DNA of 64,000 nt from Polyangiaceae bacterium (GCA_965222375.1 CBDCTZ010000016.1:416001-480000), one strand, 5' to 3'. Shown: positions 9,314 through 18,615, counted from the first letter of the stretch. The notes: a model not told the origin generated them from the letters alone. Made by a program: numbers and translations.

Positions 9314-9904
9314 ATGACCGACAGCGCGGGGAAGAAGGAAAGCGACGCTCCCAAGGGCATCAGCCTCAACGATGTGGTGTTGGACGAGATCGCCATCGAC
9401 GACGCCTCCGTGAAGCGGGCCAGTCTGAGCAACGTGGATTTGACGAAGCTGTCCTTAGACGACGCGAACCTGAGTGGAGCTTCTCTGAGCAACGTGGACT
9501 TGAGCGAAGCGGCTCTGAATGACGTGGATGCGAGCCAGGTGTCGCTGAGCAACATCAAACTGGCGAAGGCGTCTCTGGACGACGCGGATGCTAGCGGTAT
9601 GAGCGTCAGCAATACGCGTTTCGATGCGGCGCTGATTCAGGACTGCACATTTGAGAAGGCCACGCTGAAGGACGTGAACTTGTCCGAGGTCGAGCTGGAG
9701 GACGCAAGCCTCAAGAGTGCCAATCTCAAGGACGTGGACGCGCGCTCAGTGGTCATCAGCGACGCTGATTTCAGTGGTGCAAAGCTCGATGGCGTAAATC
9801 TTTCCGGCGTGGAAATCACGGATGCAAACATCGAAGGGCTGACCATTGACGGCGAGCGTATTGACGATTTGCTCAAAGCCCGCAAACAATCGTCCCCGTC
9901 TTGA
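9314..9904 (+). CDS. Pentapeptide repeat protein, acidic
   Basis: Continuous (A/V)-(S/D/N)-L-x-x pentapeptides over about 160 aa, rich in Asp/Glu. Confidence 0.9.
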   Translation: MTDSAGKKESDAPKGISLNDVVLDEIAIDDASVKRASLSNVDLTKLSLDDANLSGASLSNVDLSEAALNDVDASQVSLSNIKLAKASLDDADASGMSVSNTRFDAALIQDCTFEKATLKDVNLSEVELEDASLKSANLKDVDARSVVISDADFSGAKLDGVNLSGVEITDANIEGLTIDGERIDDLLKARKQSSPS

Positions 9905-11706
9905 GCCCTGAGCGCCTGGAGCACGCAGCTCGTATCGAGCTCGAGCCCGCGGATCCCTTCGAACTGATCCGGTGGCTCGCGCGTAGCCAGCCGGATCCGC
10001 GCAAAGCGGTTTCGGAACTGGTGCAGAACTCATTGGACGCCGGCGCCCGCAAGATCCGAATCGAGCGTTCGGGTAAAGGCAAGACCCTGACCCTCAGTAT
10101 TCGTGACAACGGCGAAGGCGTGCTGCCCAAAATGGAGCGCCGGGCGGCGCTTCGACATCTTGCTTCCCACATTGGCCACTCCCACAAATTGCAGCTCGAC
10201 CCCGGCGAGCGCGCTCGCCGCGTGGTTGCCGGGCAGTACGGCGTCGGCTTGCTCGGCTTCTGGGCCATTGGCGGCCAAATGGAGATCCTCTCCCGTGTGG
10301 GCGGCGGTCGAGTCGCCGTGCTGCGTATGATCGAGGACTCCCCCGAGGGCGAAGTGGGCACCTATCCCGCGCCGAAAGGTAGCCCGGGGACTTTCACGGA
10401 AGTCGTGATCAGTGGCGTGCACGAGTCGGCGCGCCGGGTGCTGAGCGGGCGACGTCTTTCGGCGTACTTGGCCATCGAACTACGCGGCCAGCTCCTACGC
10501 AGCGGCTGTACTCTGAACATCCACGACCGCTTGGCCCGAGGCGAAAACCGCGACATCGTCGTGGTTCCGCATCGCTACACCGGCGAGCCGCTGGAACTGC
10601 CCAAGAAGGTGAAAGTGCGCGGGCACCGGCCCTTCACGGCCGAGTTGTACGTGGCCCGGGGCATGGATGGCGCCGCCATCGAGTTATCTTGCGCCGGAAC
10701 GCGGGTCGCTGAGGACATTTCAGACATCGACGCATTCGGCCTGACCGGCTCGCCCTGGAGAGGCGCGGATCTAACCGGCATCATCGACTTTCCGGACTTC
10801 ACGGTTCCCCCGGGGACCCGCCGTGGCGTGCTGCCGAACAAGGCGGCATTGGCGTTCTTGGAAGCGCTGGGTGGTTTGACGCCAACGATCTTGTCTGAAC
10901 TCGAACGCTTGGACACGCTGCACCGCGCCGAGCTCGACCACCGCATCGTTCAGGACCTGCGCCGAGCGTTGCGCGGTTTCGACGATCGCGTGCGGGACCT
11001 GAGTCTTCCTAGTGTCGCTGCCGCCGATGGCGATCCCGCCGTCGGTGAGGCGGGTCCCGGAGTCCCGGTTGACGGCGCTGCCGCCAAGAGCAATGGGGCT
11101 GCGGCGCAGGTGCCCGAGGGCCCGGTGGGTCCGCTGGCGTCGGTCTCTGTCGTGCCTGCTTTTATCCGGGTTTCTCCCGGAACCGAGCGCAAGGTGCGGG
11201 CCGTTGCCAAAGACGCCGAGGGCCGGCGGGTCAAGAACGCCGAAATCGAGTGGCGCTTTCCCGACGGTCGCAGCGCCAAGATCTATCTTGAAGCAGGTTC
11301 GAGGGGAGGCGCGATCCTGCGCACCCGCGAGGGCGCTCGGATCGGACGCAAATTGCCGCTGATGGCAGTGGCCAGTCTGGACGACGAAACCGTCGCTGAC
11401 ATCGCGGCGATCGAGGTCGTCGAGGAAAAGCACGAGGTTTATGCACGCCTCGGCATTCCCGAGCCCGTGCTGGTCAGCGCCCCCGGCGCGGTCTGGCGCA
11501 GCCGCCGTCACGGCTTCTCCTGGGAAATCAACGACGCCCACCCCGACTACCAACGCGTCGCGGATAACTCCCGTCGCCGCCTGCGCTACCTGATCGCTCT
11601 GCTCGCCAAAGAGATCGTGATCACGAGCACTCGCCGGACCGACGCCGAGGACGTCCTTGAAGCCATGGTGCAAGTCATCGCCCACGCCGAAGGCAACTTG
11701 CGCTAG
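9901..11706 (+). CDS. GHKL (HATPase_c_3, MORC/Hsp90-like) ATPase with Ig-like insert
   Basis: ELVQNSLDA, DNGEG and GQYGVG motifs; later Ig-like segment (VSVVP..RKVRAVAKDAEG) and WEINDAHPDY; TTGA overlap with the upstream stop. Confidence 0.85.
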   Translation: MSPERLEHAARIELEPADPFELIRWLARSQPDPRKAVSELVQNSLDAGARKIRIERSGKGKTLTLSIRDNGEGVLPKMERRAALRHLASHIGHSHKLQLDPGERARRVVAGQYGVGLLGFWAIGGQMEILSRVGGGRVAVLRMIEDSPEGEVGTYPAPKGSPGTFTEVVISGVHESARRVLSGRRLSAYLAIELRGQLLRSGCTLNIHDRLARGENRDIVVVPHRYTGEPLELPKKVKVRGHRPFTAELYVARGMDGAAIELSCAGTRVAEDISDIDAFGLTGSPWRGADLTGIIDFPDFTVPPGTRRGVLPNKAALAFLEALGGLTPTILSELERLDTLHRAELDHRIVQDLRRALRGFDDRVRDLSLPSVAAADGDPAVGEAGPGVPVDGAAAKSNGAAAQVPEGPVGPLASVSVVPAFIRVSPGTERKVRAVAKDAEGRRVKNAEIEWRFPDGRSAKIYLEAGSRGGAILRTREGARIGRKLPLMAVASLDDETVADIAAIEVVEEKHEVYARLGIPEPVLVSAPGAVWRSRRHGFSWEINDAHPDYQRVADNSRRRLRYLIALLAKEIVITSTRRTDAEDVLEAMVQVIAHAEGNLR

Positions 11707-11766
11707 CGCTGCTGAGCCGTCTTGCGCGAACGTACTTCCATGCCCGCGTTGCGACGGACGCGTCGA

Positions 11767-11900
11767 TTGGTTTGGGGTCGACGCGCTTGTGACGCGCTTC
11801 GCGATGCCCGAAGGGGCAACACCCGACGGGGTGAGCACTGGGGCGGCGCGGGGTCACTAGTCTCGCGCGGCCCATCGCGGTGCGATGGGCCATCGAGAGC
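11767..11900. repeat. Dispersed intergenic hairpin repeat, copy 1
   Basis: About 70-nt core nearly identical to 35342-35414; lies between convergent genes. Confidence 0.85.
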
Positions 11901-11920
11901 GCGCGTAGACCGCGGATTGC

Positions 11921-13009
11921 TCAATTCGCCGGGCAGGTCTGGCCTGAAGGTCTGAGGCACTTGCCGTTCACACAGCTAAGGGCGAACTCGCAATCGGGAC
12001 CCTTGTCGGGGTCACAACTCTGTCCCTCGGATGCGACCTTCACACAGGTTCCGGTCGTTGACCCGAGCGGCTTGATGCAGGTAGCGCCGCCAGAGCACAG
12101 GTGGCTGCAAGGCTCACCGGGGCCGAAGACCCACTTGACGCACTTCTTCGTGGTCGCGTCGCAGCCCGACACGTGGTCGCAGGTGCCCGTTTCGAACGGC
12201 ACGCAGGGATCGCCCGGCTTTCCGAGGGAGGGCTTGGCACACTTGCCTGATTTGCATGACAGCGGAGCTGTGCAGTCGTCGACGGACTTGCAGGCTCCTC
12301 CTTCGCCGGCTGGTACAACGCACGTCTTACTCGATCCGCACGTGGTGCCGGATTCGCATTCTCTCGACGTGCAGGGCTCACCGAGCTTCTTGATGGGCGA
12401 ACATGCCTGTCCACAGACAAGCCCCGAGGCGCAGTCGTTGTCGGAGGAACACTTCCCACCAATGCCTTCCTGCACCTTGCATTGACCACAAAGTGCCCCG
12501 GTCGGGGTTTCGCAACGGCCGCTGCTGCACTGATCATCACCGAAACAGCTCTTGCCGTCTGCCAGCGTTCCCGGGCCCCCGCAAGCGGGGTCATTGGCAA
12601 ACATGCTGTTCAGCGAGGAACCGAAGGCATCCAGGCAACTCGCCTGGCTAGGGAACTCACCAACGGCGGCAGCGAAAGCCGGCTTGGTGCTGGCGCCCGG
12701 CGCTTTGAGGCTCAAAGGGCGACGACTCAAGGTTGGACGCTCAGTTGCTGGACCGGTTGCAGTGTGCCGGTGAGCAGGCTCGGGGGATCCAGACTGCTTG
12801 GCGGTCAACGCGCAGGTGTGATTGTCACCAGCAGCAATTCCGACGACCGGGGGTGCATTCCCGCCGCTTCCCCGGCCCCGGCGCTTCCCGCTGCGCCCGC
12901 GCTTCCCGCTGCGCCGCCGGTGTTCGCCGTTGACGAATTCGAATCGCCGCCGCAACCGCTGCTCGCGAGCAGTGCAAGCAGCGGGACTGTACATAGGCAC
13001 TTTTTTCAT
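11921..13009 (-). pseudogene. Disrupted or chimeric lipoprotein gene (frameshifted signal peptide, single RCC1-like motif, Cys-rich Dickkopf-like C-terminus)
   Basis: Signal/lipobox CLCTVPLLALLASSGCGG lies out of frame with ATG 13009; frame returns near 12870; IAAGDNHTCAL is followed by an intact Cys-rich 3' half (about 11921-12700). Confidence 0.6.
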
Positions 13010-13043
13010 GACCATTTCTCCAAGTGACCAAGTTTCGTCGTGG

Positions 13044-14090
13044 TCACACGTCCCCGCAGTGCGCGACGCACAGGCTATTCTCGCAGGCGCCCGAGGAGCA
13101 CTCCTTCGCGGAGTTGCACGCTGCGCCGACCTGCTTGTCGGCCATGCACTTCTGTTGGCTGCAGTAGCCATTACTGTCGCAGTCGTCGTTGCTGTCGCAC
13201 GCGCCCCCGATGGCCACGTCGTCCTGCGCGCACTTGGCGTTCACGCAAGTCAGGCCATACCGGCACTCGTTGTCCTTTGCGCAGGATTCGCCAAGTTTCC
13301 CGAGCGGTGGTGAACCTGCGGCGCAAACGTTCTTACAGCTGTTGAAGTCGACCGTGCAGCGTGCTCCTACCGCACAGTCACCCACCTCATAACTCCTGTC
13401 CTCCGTGCCGCTGCTATTGTCCCCCAAAGGCGTGGTTGGACCGCAAGCTTGTCCAATGCCGGGTGACGCAACGCAGCTGCCGAGGCTGGTGTGGGTGTAG
13501 CCCTTGCAGCTCAGACCCGTCTTGCACTCTAGGGATTCGGCGCACGGCATTCCGCCGCTCTGCAACGGAATGAGGAACGTCGTGGCGAACGGGTCACAAC
13601 CCACGGGGTAGTCCGGTATCGTTTGCGGTGTTGTGCCCACAAGCAAGGGCTCCCAGCTGGCGCGGCAGCTGGCGAGCTTTGTGCCATCGATGGCGAGCCT
13701 CCCGCCATTGAGCCTGTGCTGGACGTTCTGCTCCGTCGAGTCGCGGAACTGGGTCAAGAACGAGATCAAGAACCCGGTGACAAGACTCTGCTTTTCAGCC
13801 GGGCTGCAAGAGCTCTCCAGGACGGACAGGACTCCGCCCCAAAGTAGAAAAGCGTAGTCCTTCACGGGTTGAGAAGGCGTGACCGTTGGTAGCTGAGGAT
13901 CTGCTGGCTCGACGCAGATCAAGCCCGAGCCCCCCGTTCCGCCGGTGCCTCCGAGTGCGCCGCCGCTTCCCCCCGTCGCGCCTCCGGTGCCGCCACTGCC
14001 TCCCGGTGTGCCGCCACTACCCCCGGGGCTGTGCGAATCGTCGTAGCTGCGGTTTGTGCAGCATGCCCAAGCACCTGCACTGACGATCAC
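13044..14090 (-). CDS. Gly-tethered Cys-rich (Dickkopf-like) exported protein
   Basis: GGSGGT linker followed by repeated G-x-x-C-x4-(E/D)C-x-x-G-x-x-C units; start codon uncertain. Confidence 0.75.
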   Translation of the reverse strand: MIVSAGAWACCTNRSYDDSHSPGGSGGTPGGSGGTGGATGGSGGALGGTGGTGGSGLICVEPADPQLPTVTPSQPVKDYAFLLWGGVLSVLESSCSPAEKQSLVTGFLISFLTQFRDSTEQNVQHRLNGGRLAIDGTKLASCRASWEPLLVGTTPQTIPDYPVGCDPFATTFLIPLQSGGMPCAESLECKTGLSCKGYTHTSLGSCVASPGIGQACGPTTPLGDNSSGTEDRSYEVGDCAVGARCTVDFNSCKNVCAAGSPPLGKLGESCAKDNECRYGLTCVNAKCAQDDVAIGGACDSNDDCDSNGYCSQQKCMADKQVGAACNSAKECSSGACENSLCVAHCGDV

Positions 14091-14282
14091 AGCGTCCTCG
14101 CTTCGCCGTTGGTCTGCCGCACCATGCCGGATCTTTTTTCACGCGCACGCACTGCGCTCGCCAACGCTGATCCGGGGGTCAGCTCACCGCCAAGGCCGCG
14201 ATTGGACGCGACCGGGTTCGCCGGTGTCGAGATGTGCTCAGGAAAGCTCAAACGACCCTCGCGCGTGTTAGCTTGGCGCTCG

Positions 14283-14939
14283 ATGTGCAGAGCCGTGCTT
14301 CGAGTCGCCGTATTCGCGGCTGCGGTGCTAATCGCCGCCTGCAGACCCTCGCCGCCCGAAACGTCAGCGCCGCCCGCTGCCGCGCCCACGGTGGAGGTGG
14401 CACCAAGTACATCGGCGGACATGGCCGGCGCGCCGGCTCCGGAGCGCTCAACCACGGAGCGTTGCCCACGGGTTCCGATGTCGCTGGTGATCGAGGACAA
14501 GGATGGCTGGCGAATCAGCATGATGTCGCTTGCGGAAAACGGCGACCTACACATCGAAGGCGCAGCAGGCGTCAGTGCCACGCTGGACGCTTCAGGCTGC
14601 TTGGTGCGCAAGGGAAAGCTTTGGGCGGAAATAACGTCATCGAGCAAGATTTGGACGATTCACACGCTGATCGATGCAGAGGGTGACGGGGTCCAAGGCG
14701 CTGGCGCCAAGCTGGTGATCCGCCAAGATGGAATCATTGAGGCAGTGCGTCCGGATGGAAGTATCGAGGGTGCGAAGGGGCTTCGTCTAGAGGGCTATCG
14801 AGAAGAGGGCCAGTGCGCCGGCAAGCTCATGTTGGCGGTGATGCTCGCCATGACCCCCAGCATGGCCGTCGTCGATGGCGTCGCCAAGCGTGCGCCGATC
14901 CCCGCCGACAGCGTGTGCGGGGCGTACGAGCGCAACTGA
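14283..14939 (+). CDS. Hypothetical lipoprotein
   Basis: Signal peptide with lipobox LIAAC, Pro/Ala linker, then a beta-rich domain. Confidence 0.65.
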   Translation: MCRAVLRVAVFAAAVLIAACRPSPPETSAPPAAAPTVEVAPSTSADMAGAPAPERSTTERCPRVPMSLVIEDKDGWRISMMSLAENGDLHIEGAAGVSATLDASGCLVRKGKLWAEITSSSKIWTIHTLIDAEGDGVQGAGAKLVIRQDGIIEAVRPDGSIEGAKGLRLEGYREEGQCAGKLMLAVMLAMTPSMAVVDGVAKRAPIPADSVCGAYERN

Positions 14940-15103
14940 GCGAGCTCTCGGTCACGCTGCCGGTGCTCGATTCGAACATAGACCGCGCCGACACCCTGTC
15001 GGACTGGTTGACGCCCGGTCACTGTTCGACAACACGCCATCGCGTGGGATGTGACGATCACCACCCGGTTCCACGCAGGGCATTGAGTGCTAGACTGAGC
15101 GAC

Positions 15104-15436
15104 GTGGCACACGTTGATGCGCATCGAATCGGAGAAGAGCGTAGCCTCGAGCTCCACCGCATCATCGCTAAGCGCTTGGGGGACGAACCGCAGCTAGTTG
15201 CTGATGCCGTGGCACGCCTCGCGCGCTGGCGCGAGGCCCAAGTCCTGTCCGGCTACTATGCGGAGGCGTGGCTCGCGCTGCTCCAGGGTCCGCGCGACAA
15301 ACTGCGCGCGGCAATGACCGACGACGGACCTCGTGGCCGGGAGCTGCGACAAACCACGCCTTTTGCCGGCGTGGTGGACCCCCGAACCCGCTGGCGCGTG
15401 TGGCGTGAGGTACGCGAAGCGCTCGAGGCCCAATGA
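15104..15436 (+). CDS. Small helical protein, putative antitoxin/partner of DUF6036 protein
   Basis: EERSLELH..IA and ELRQTTPFAGV motifs; ATGA overlap with the next gene; TGcTAGACT box 7 nt upstream of GTG. Confidence 0.7.
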   Translation: MAHVDAHRIGEERSLELHRIIAKRLGDEPQLVADAVARLARWREAQVLSGYYAEAWLALLQGPRDKLRAAMTDDGPRGRELRQTTPFAGVVDPRTRWRVWREVREALEAQ

Positions 15437-15975
15437 GGCGCAAGGACTTGGAGCACATCATTCGCGCCTGCGCGAATATCGCAGCGGACGACGAAATCAT
15501 CGTGATAGGCAGCCAATCGGTCTTGGGCACGCTCGCTGATGCACCAGAAGAACTGACCGTTTCCAACGAAGCTGACGTCTACCCGAAGAACCACCCGGAG
15601 CGCTGGGACGTCATTGATGGCGCAATAGGCGAAGGGTCACCCTTCCACGATACCTTCGGGTACTACGCTCAGGGCGTGCAAGAAGGCACCGCGACGCTGC
15701 CTGACGGTTGGAAGGACCGCCTGGTTGCCGTGAGCAACGCCAACACTCGAGGAGCTACCGGCCTGTGCCTCGAGCTTCACGATCTCTGCGTGTCGAAGTA
15801 CGTGGCGGGACGCGAGAAAGACCGACGCTTCGTGCGAGCAGCGCATCGCCACGAGCTGGTGACCAAGGGGATTCTTCTGGAGCGACTCTCGATCACTGAG
15901 GTAGAGGAAGAACACCGGGACCGAATTCGCGCGCTGATCGAACTGGACGTTTCTGAGTCCCGCGCGGGCTCCTGA
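15433..15975 (+). CDS. DUF6036 family putative nucleotidyltransferase
   Basis: IGSQS..SNEADV (GS plus ExD Pol-beta-like signature), FHDTFGYYAQGV, LPDGW and SK..AGREKD motifs. Confidence 0.85.
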   Translation: MRRKDLEHIIRACANIAADDEIIVIGSQSVLGTLADAPEELTVSNEADVYPKNHPERWDVIDGAIGEGSPFHDTFGYYAQGVQEGTATLPDGWKDRLVAVSNANTRGATGLCLELHDLCVSKYVAGREKDRRFVRAAHRHELVTKGILLERLSITEVEEEHRDRIRALIELDVSESRAGS

Positions 15976-16027
15976 GGCATCCGAATCCTTCGGTTCCTCG
16001 CCATTCCCGATGTCGTGCGTGGCCCGA

Positions 16028-17311
16028 TCAGAAGCAGGTTGGGTCTTCGGGTTCGGCCTTGTCGAGCCACATCATCAGCCGGATGTCGGGGCGTACTCGG
16101 CGAAGCGCGAGCACATCTGGCCGGTCGCAGCCTCGGGGAACCATCAGCTCTTTCAGCGAGGCGACCTGGGTCAGGGGGAGCACAGATTGGACCTGCGTGA
16201 AGGGCAGGTGGAGCTCGCGCAATGAGCGCGACTGCGCTAGTGGCGCGACGCTCTTCACGGGGGCTCCGCCTGCATCGAGAAACTCGAGTTTGGGTAGTCC
16301 CGCAAGCGGCGCCAAGCTGGTCACTTCCGTATTGTGGATGTCCAGCCAGCGCAGCTCGCGGAGTTTGGACAGGGGCTTGAGGTCGCTGACTTGGCGATCG
16401 TGCAAGTCGAGGCGTTCGAGTCGGGTCAGCGCGATGATGGAAGTGAGGTTCACGGGGCCCTCGGCAGAGATGTCCAACTCTCGCAACTTTGTGAACGAGG
16501 CGATCGCATCGAGGGCCGGTGCGTCTTGGTAACAACCGAGCCTCAAGCTGCGGAGCTTCGGAGGTGGCTGCAGAGGCTGTCCGCGCTGTAGGCAACCGAG
16601 TTCCAGCGTTTCGAGCTCAGCGAACGCCACGATTGTGGTGGGATGCTGGACCCCGGTCGCGCGCAGCGAGCGGATATTGGGAACCAGTCGCGCAAGCTCT
16701 GCCAAGTCGAAGGCCTGATTCGTGGAAAAGCCCGTCAACTTCGGCAGAGTGCCCAACGCGGACAGGTTGGTGATCGTGCCCATCGTGCTTGGCTCGACGT
16801 CGACGTTTTCAAGCTGCGTCATAGGCCGGAGCCAGTCGAGGGATTCAACACCGTTGATAACCCGGAGTGTCTTCAGTCTAGGCAACTTAGATAGCGGGGA
16901 GAGGTCGGGGGTAGCTGAGCGAAAGCGCAGGCTCACGCTCTCGAGCCCCGTGGCTTTGGCCAGCGGTGCCAGGTCGAAGCGCTTAGCGTTGCCCTGAGTC
17001 AGACTGGCGCTCTTGAAGAAGGAGATGTCCTTCGCGGCGGCGATTACTGGGACACACTGCGCTGAGAGTCGCAGATGGTCGAAGCGCTTTTGGATTGCCT
17101 CGTTTTCAATCGGACAGTCTGGTAGTGGCCCCCGCGGCGCTGAGCTGGTGTGGGCATCGAGGGGTTCGATGCTGGTAACCGGTGACGTGGCGGAGCGGGC
17201 GGGGGCCGAGGCTCGGTCTGCGCAAGCCACGAGGACGCCACTGGCTAGGAGCCAGGGCAGCCGCCGACGAAACCGGGCGCGCGCGGCGCCGTTTCTAGCT
17301 CTTCGCTCCAA
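16028..17311 (-). CDS. Leucine-rich repeat (internalin-like) lipoprotein
   Basis: Lipobox LVAC; repeated L-x-P-L-x-x-L-x-x-L-x-x-L-D-L units of about 22 aa. Confidence 0.9.
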   Translation of the reverse strand: MERRARNGAARARFRRRLPWLLASGVLVACADRASAPARSATSPVTSIEPLDAHTSSAPRGPLPDCPIENEAIQKRFDHLRLSAQCVPVIAAAKDISFFKSASLTQGNAKRFDLAPLAKATGLESVSLRFRSATPDLSPLSKLPRLKTLRVINGVESLDWLRPMTQLENVDVEPSTMGTITNLSALGTLPKLTGFSTNQAFDLAELARLVPNIRSLRATGVQHPTTIVAFAELETLELGCLQRGQPLQPPPKLRSLRLGCYQDAPALDAIASFTKLRELDISAEGPVNLTSIIALTRLERLDLHDRQVSDLKPLSKLRELRWLDIHNTEVTSLAPLAGLPKLEFLDAGGAPVKSVAPLAQSRSLRELHLPFTQVQSVLPLTQVASLKELMVPRGCDRPDVLALRRVRPDIRLMMWLDKAEPEDPTCF

Positions 17312-17349
17312 CGTGCACGTTTCGGAGTTGGCGAGACGCTGTCGGACCG

Positions 17350-18615
17350 TCAGGCGCCGCCCTCGACGACCTGCATGACCTCGGGATCCGTCAAGATGCG
17401 GTCGCTGCTCTTGGCTTTGGCCAAGATCGCTTTGACCAGGGTTTCGCTGGGTTCGATGCCGCGGGACTTGAGCCAGTAGCTGACGTTGGAGGCGCCGGAC
17501 ATGAAGCCGATGCAGATGTCTTGGCCTCGGCCGAACATGCCGGCGGGCACGCCGCTGTAGATACGGTCGGCGAGCCAGGCGTCGCCCTTGTCCTGGGCCT
17601 TGATGATGGCTGCCGCATGCACGCCGGTTGCCGTGCGGAAGGCGTCACCGCCGACCAGCGGGTAGTTTATGGGCACTTCCCAGCCGACGGCTTCTGCGAC
17701 AGCTTGGCAGTACTCCATCAGGTGGGTCAGGTCGTGATCGAGCAGCCCGAGCAACTTCAGGTTGAGCAAGATGAGCTCCATCTGGGCGTTGCCCACGCGC
17801 TCGCCGATGCCCAAAGCCGTGCCGTGCACTCGGTCCGCGCCGACCTCGAGAGCGTAGATAGCGTTGGTTAACCCAAGGCCGCGATCGTTGTGGCCGTGCC
17901 AATCCAGCTCGACATGGTCGGCGCCCCAGCCATCGAGCAAGCTGCGCGTGAACTGGATCAGGTTCTGCACTCCGTCGGGCGTGGAGTGGCCGACGGTGTC
18001 GCACAGGCACAGGCGCCCAGCGCCGTGGTCGATGGCGAGCTTGAACAATTGCGCCAGCACTTTGGGCTGGGACCGAGTCGTGTCTTCGGTGACGTAGGCG
18101 ACTTCGAGGCCGCCCTTGACTCCCACGTCGATGGCATCGGCGCTGTACTTCTTGATGCGGTCCAGATCCCACTCTTCGGCCAAGGCGCGGATGGGGCTGG
18201 AGCCGACGAAAGCGTAAGCATGCACTGGAATACCGGCGCGCTGACTTAGCTCCACCATGGGGGTGATGTCACTCGGGACGGTGCGTCCGGCGCAGGTGAC
18301 CTTGATGTCGAGCTTGTTGTTGACGACCTCCTGGCAAAGCCGCAGGCAGTCGTCGAAGGCGCGCTTGGAGCTGCCGGGCAGACCGATGTCCGCTTCATGA
18401 ATGCCCAGGCTGTCCATCAAGTGCAGGATGCGGATCTTGTCTTCGATCTTCGGATCCGTGACCGAGGGGTTCTGCAGACCATCTCGAAGCGTTTCGTCCA
18501 GAAACTGCACATCCGGTGGGATGATGCGTCCCTTGCGGGCGACTTCGTTCCAGTCGTGGATCAGCTCGTCCTTCTTCGACGGTGTGCTCGCAGACATGGT
18601 TGGACTATGGCTCAT
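17350..18615 (-). CDS. LeuA-family DRE-TIM metallolyase (2-isopropylmalate/homocitrate synthase-like) lacking the C-terminal regulatory domain
   Basis: DETLRDGLQ, LCDTVG, HGHNDRG, GIGERVGN and GVHAAAI motifs; only about 420 aa. Confidence 0.85.
   Translation of the reverse strand: MSHSPTMSASTPSKKDELIHDWNEVARKGRIIPPDVQFLDETLRDGLQNPSVTDPKIEDKIRILHLMDSLGIHEADIGLPGSSKRAFDDCLRLCQEVVNNKLDIKVTCAGRTVPSDITPMVELSQRAGIPVHAYAFVGSSPIRALAEEWDLDRIKKYSADAIDVGVKGGLEVAYVTEDTTRSQPKVLAQLFKLAIDHGAGRLCLCDTVGHSTPDGVQNLIQFTRSLLDGWGADHVELDWHGHNDRGLGLTNAIYALEVGADRVHGTALGIGERVGNAQMELILLNLKLLGLLDHDLTHLMEYCQAVAEAVGWEVPINYPLVGGDAFRTATGVHAAAIIKAQDKGDAWLADRIYSGVPAGMFGRGQDICIGFMSGASNVSYWLKSRGIEPSETLVKAILAKAKSSDRILTDPEVMQVVEGGA

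Noticed and set aside
9314..9904. Calling the pentapeptide protein qnr or mfpA
   Set aside because: Only the generic repeat is visible; no family-specific features could be confirmed.
10771..11838. Long antisense or alternative-frame ORFs (e.g. 10771..11838, 47510..48583, 53472..54506, 57023..58123, 62408..63574)
   Set aside because: They are shadows of well-supported genes, with no motifs and the composition expected from GC3 bias.
13010..13171. N-terminal extension of ORF 11921..13171
   Set aside because: It overlaps the 3' end of the 13044-14090 gene in another frame and reads as shadow sequence.
17350..18615. Assigning the symbol leuA
   Set aside because: The regulatory domain and leu operon context are missing, so the substrate is ambiguous.
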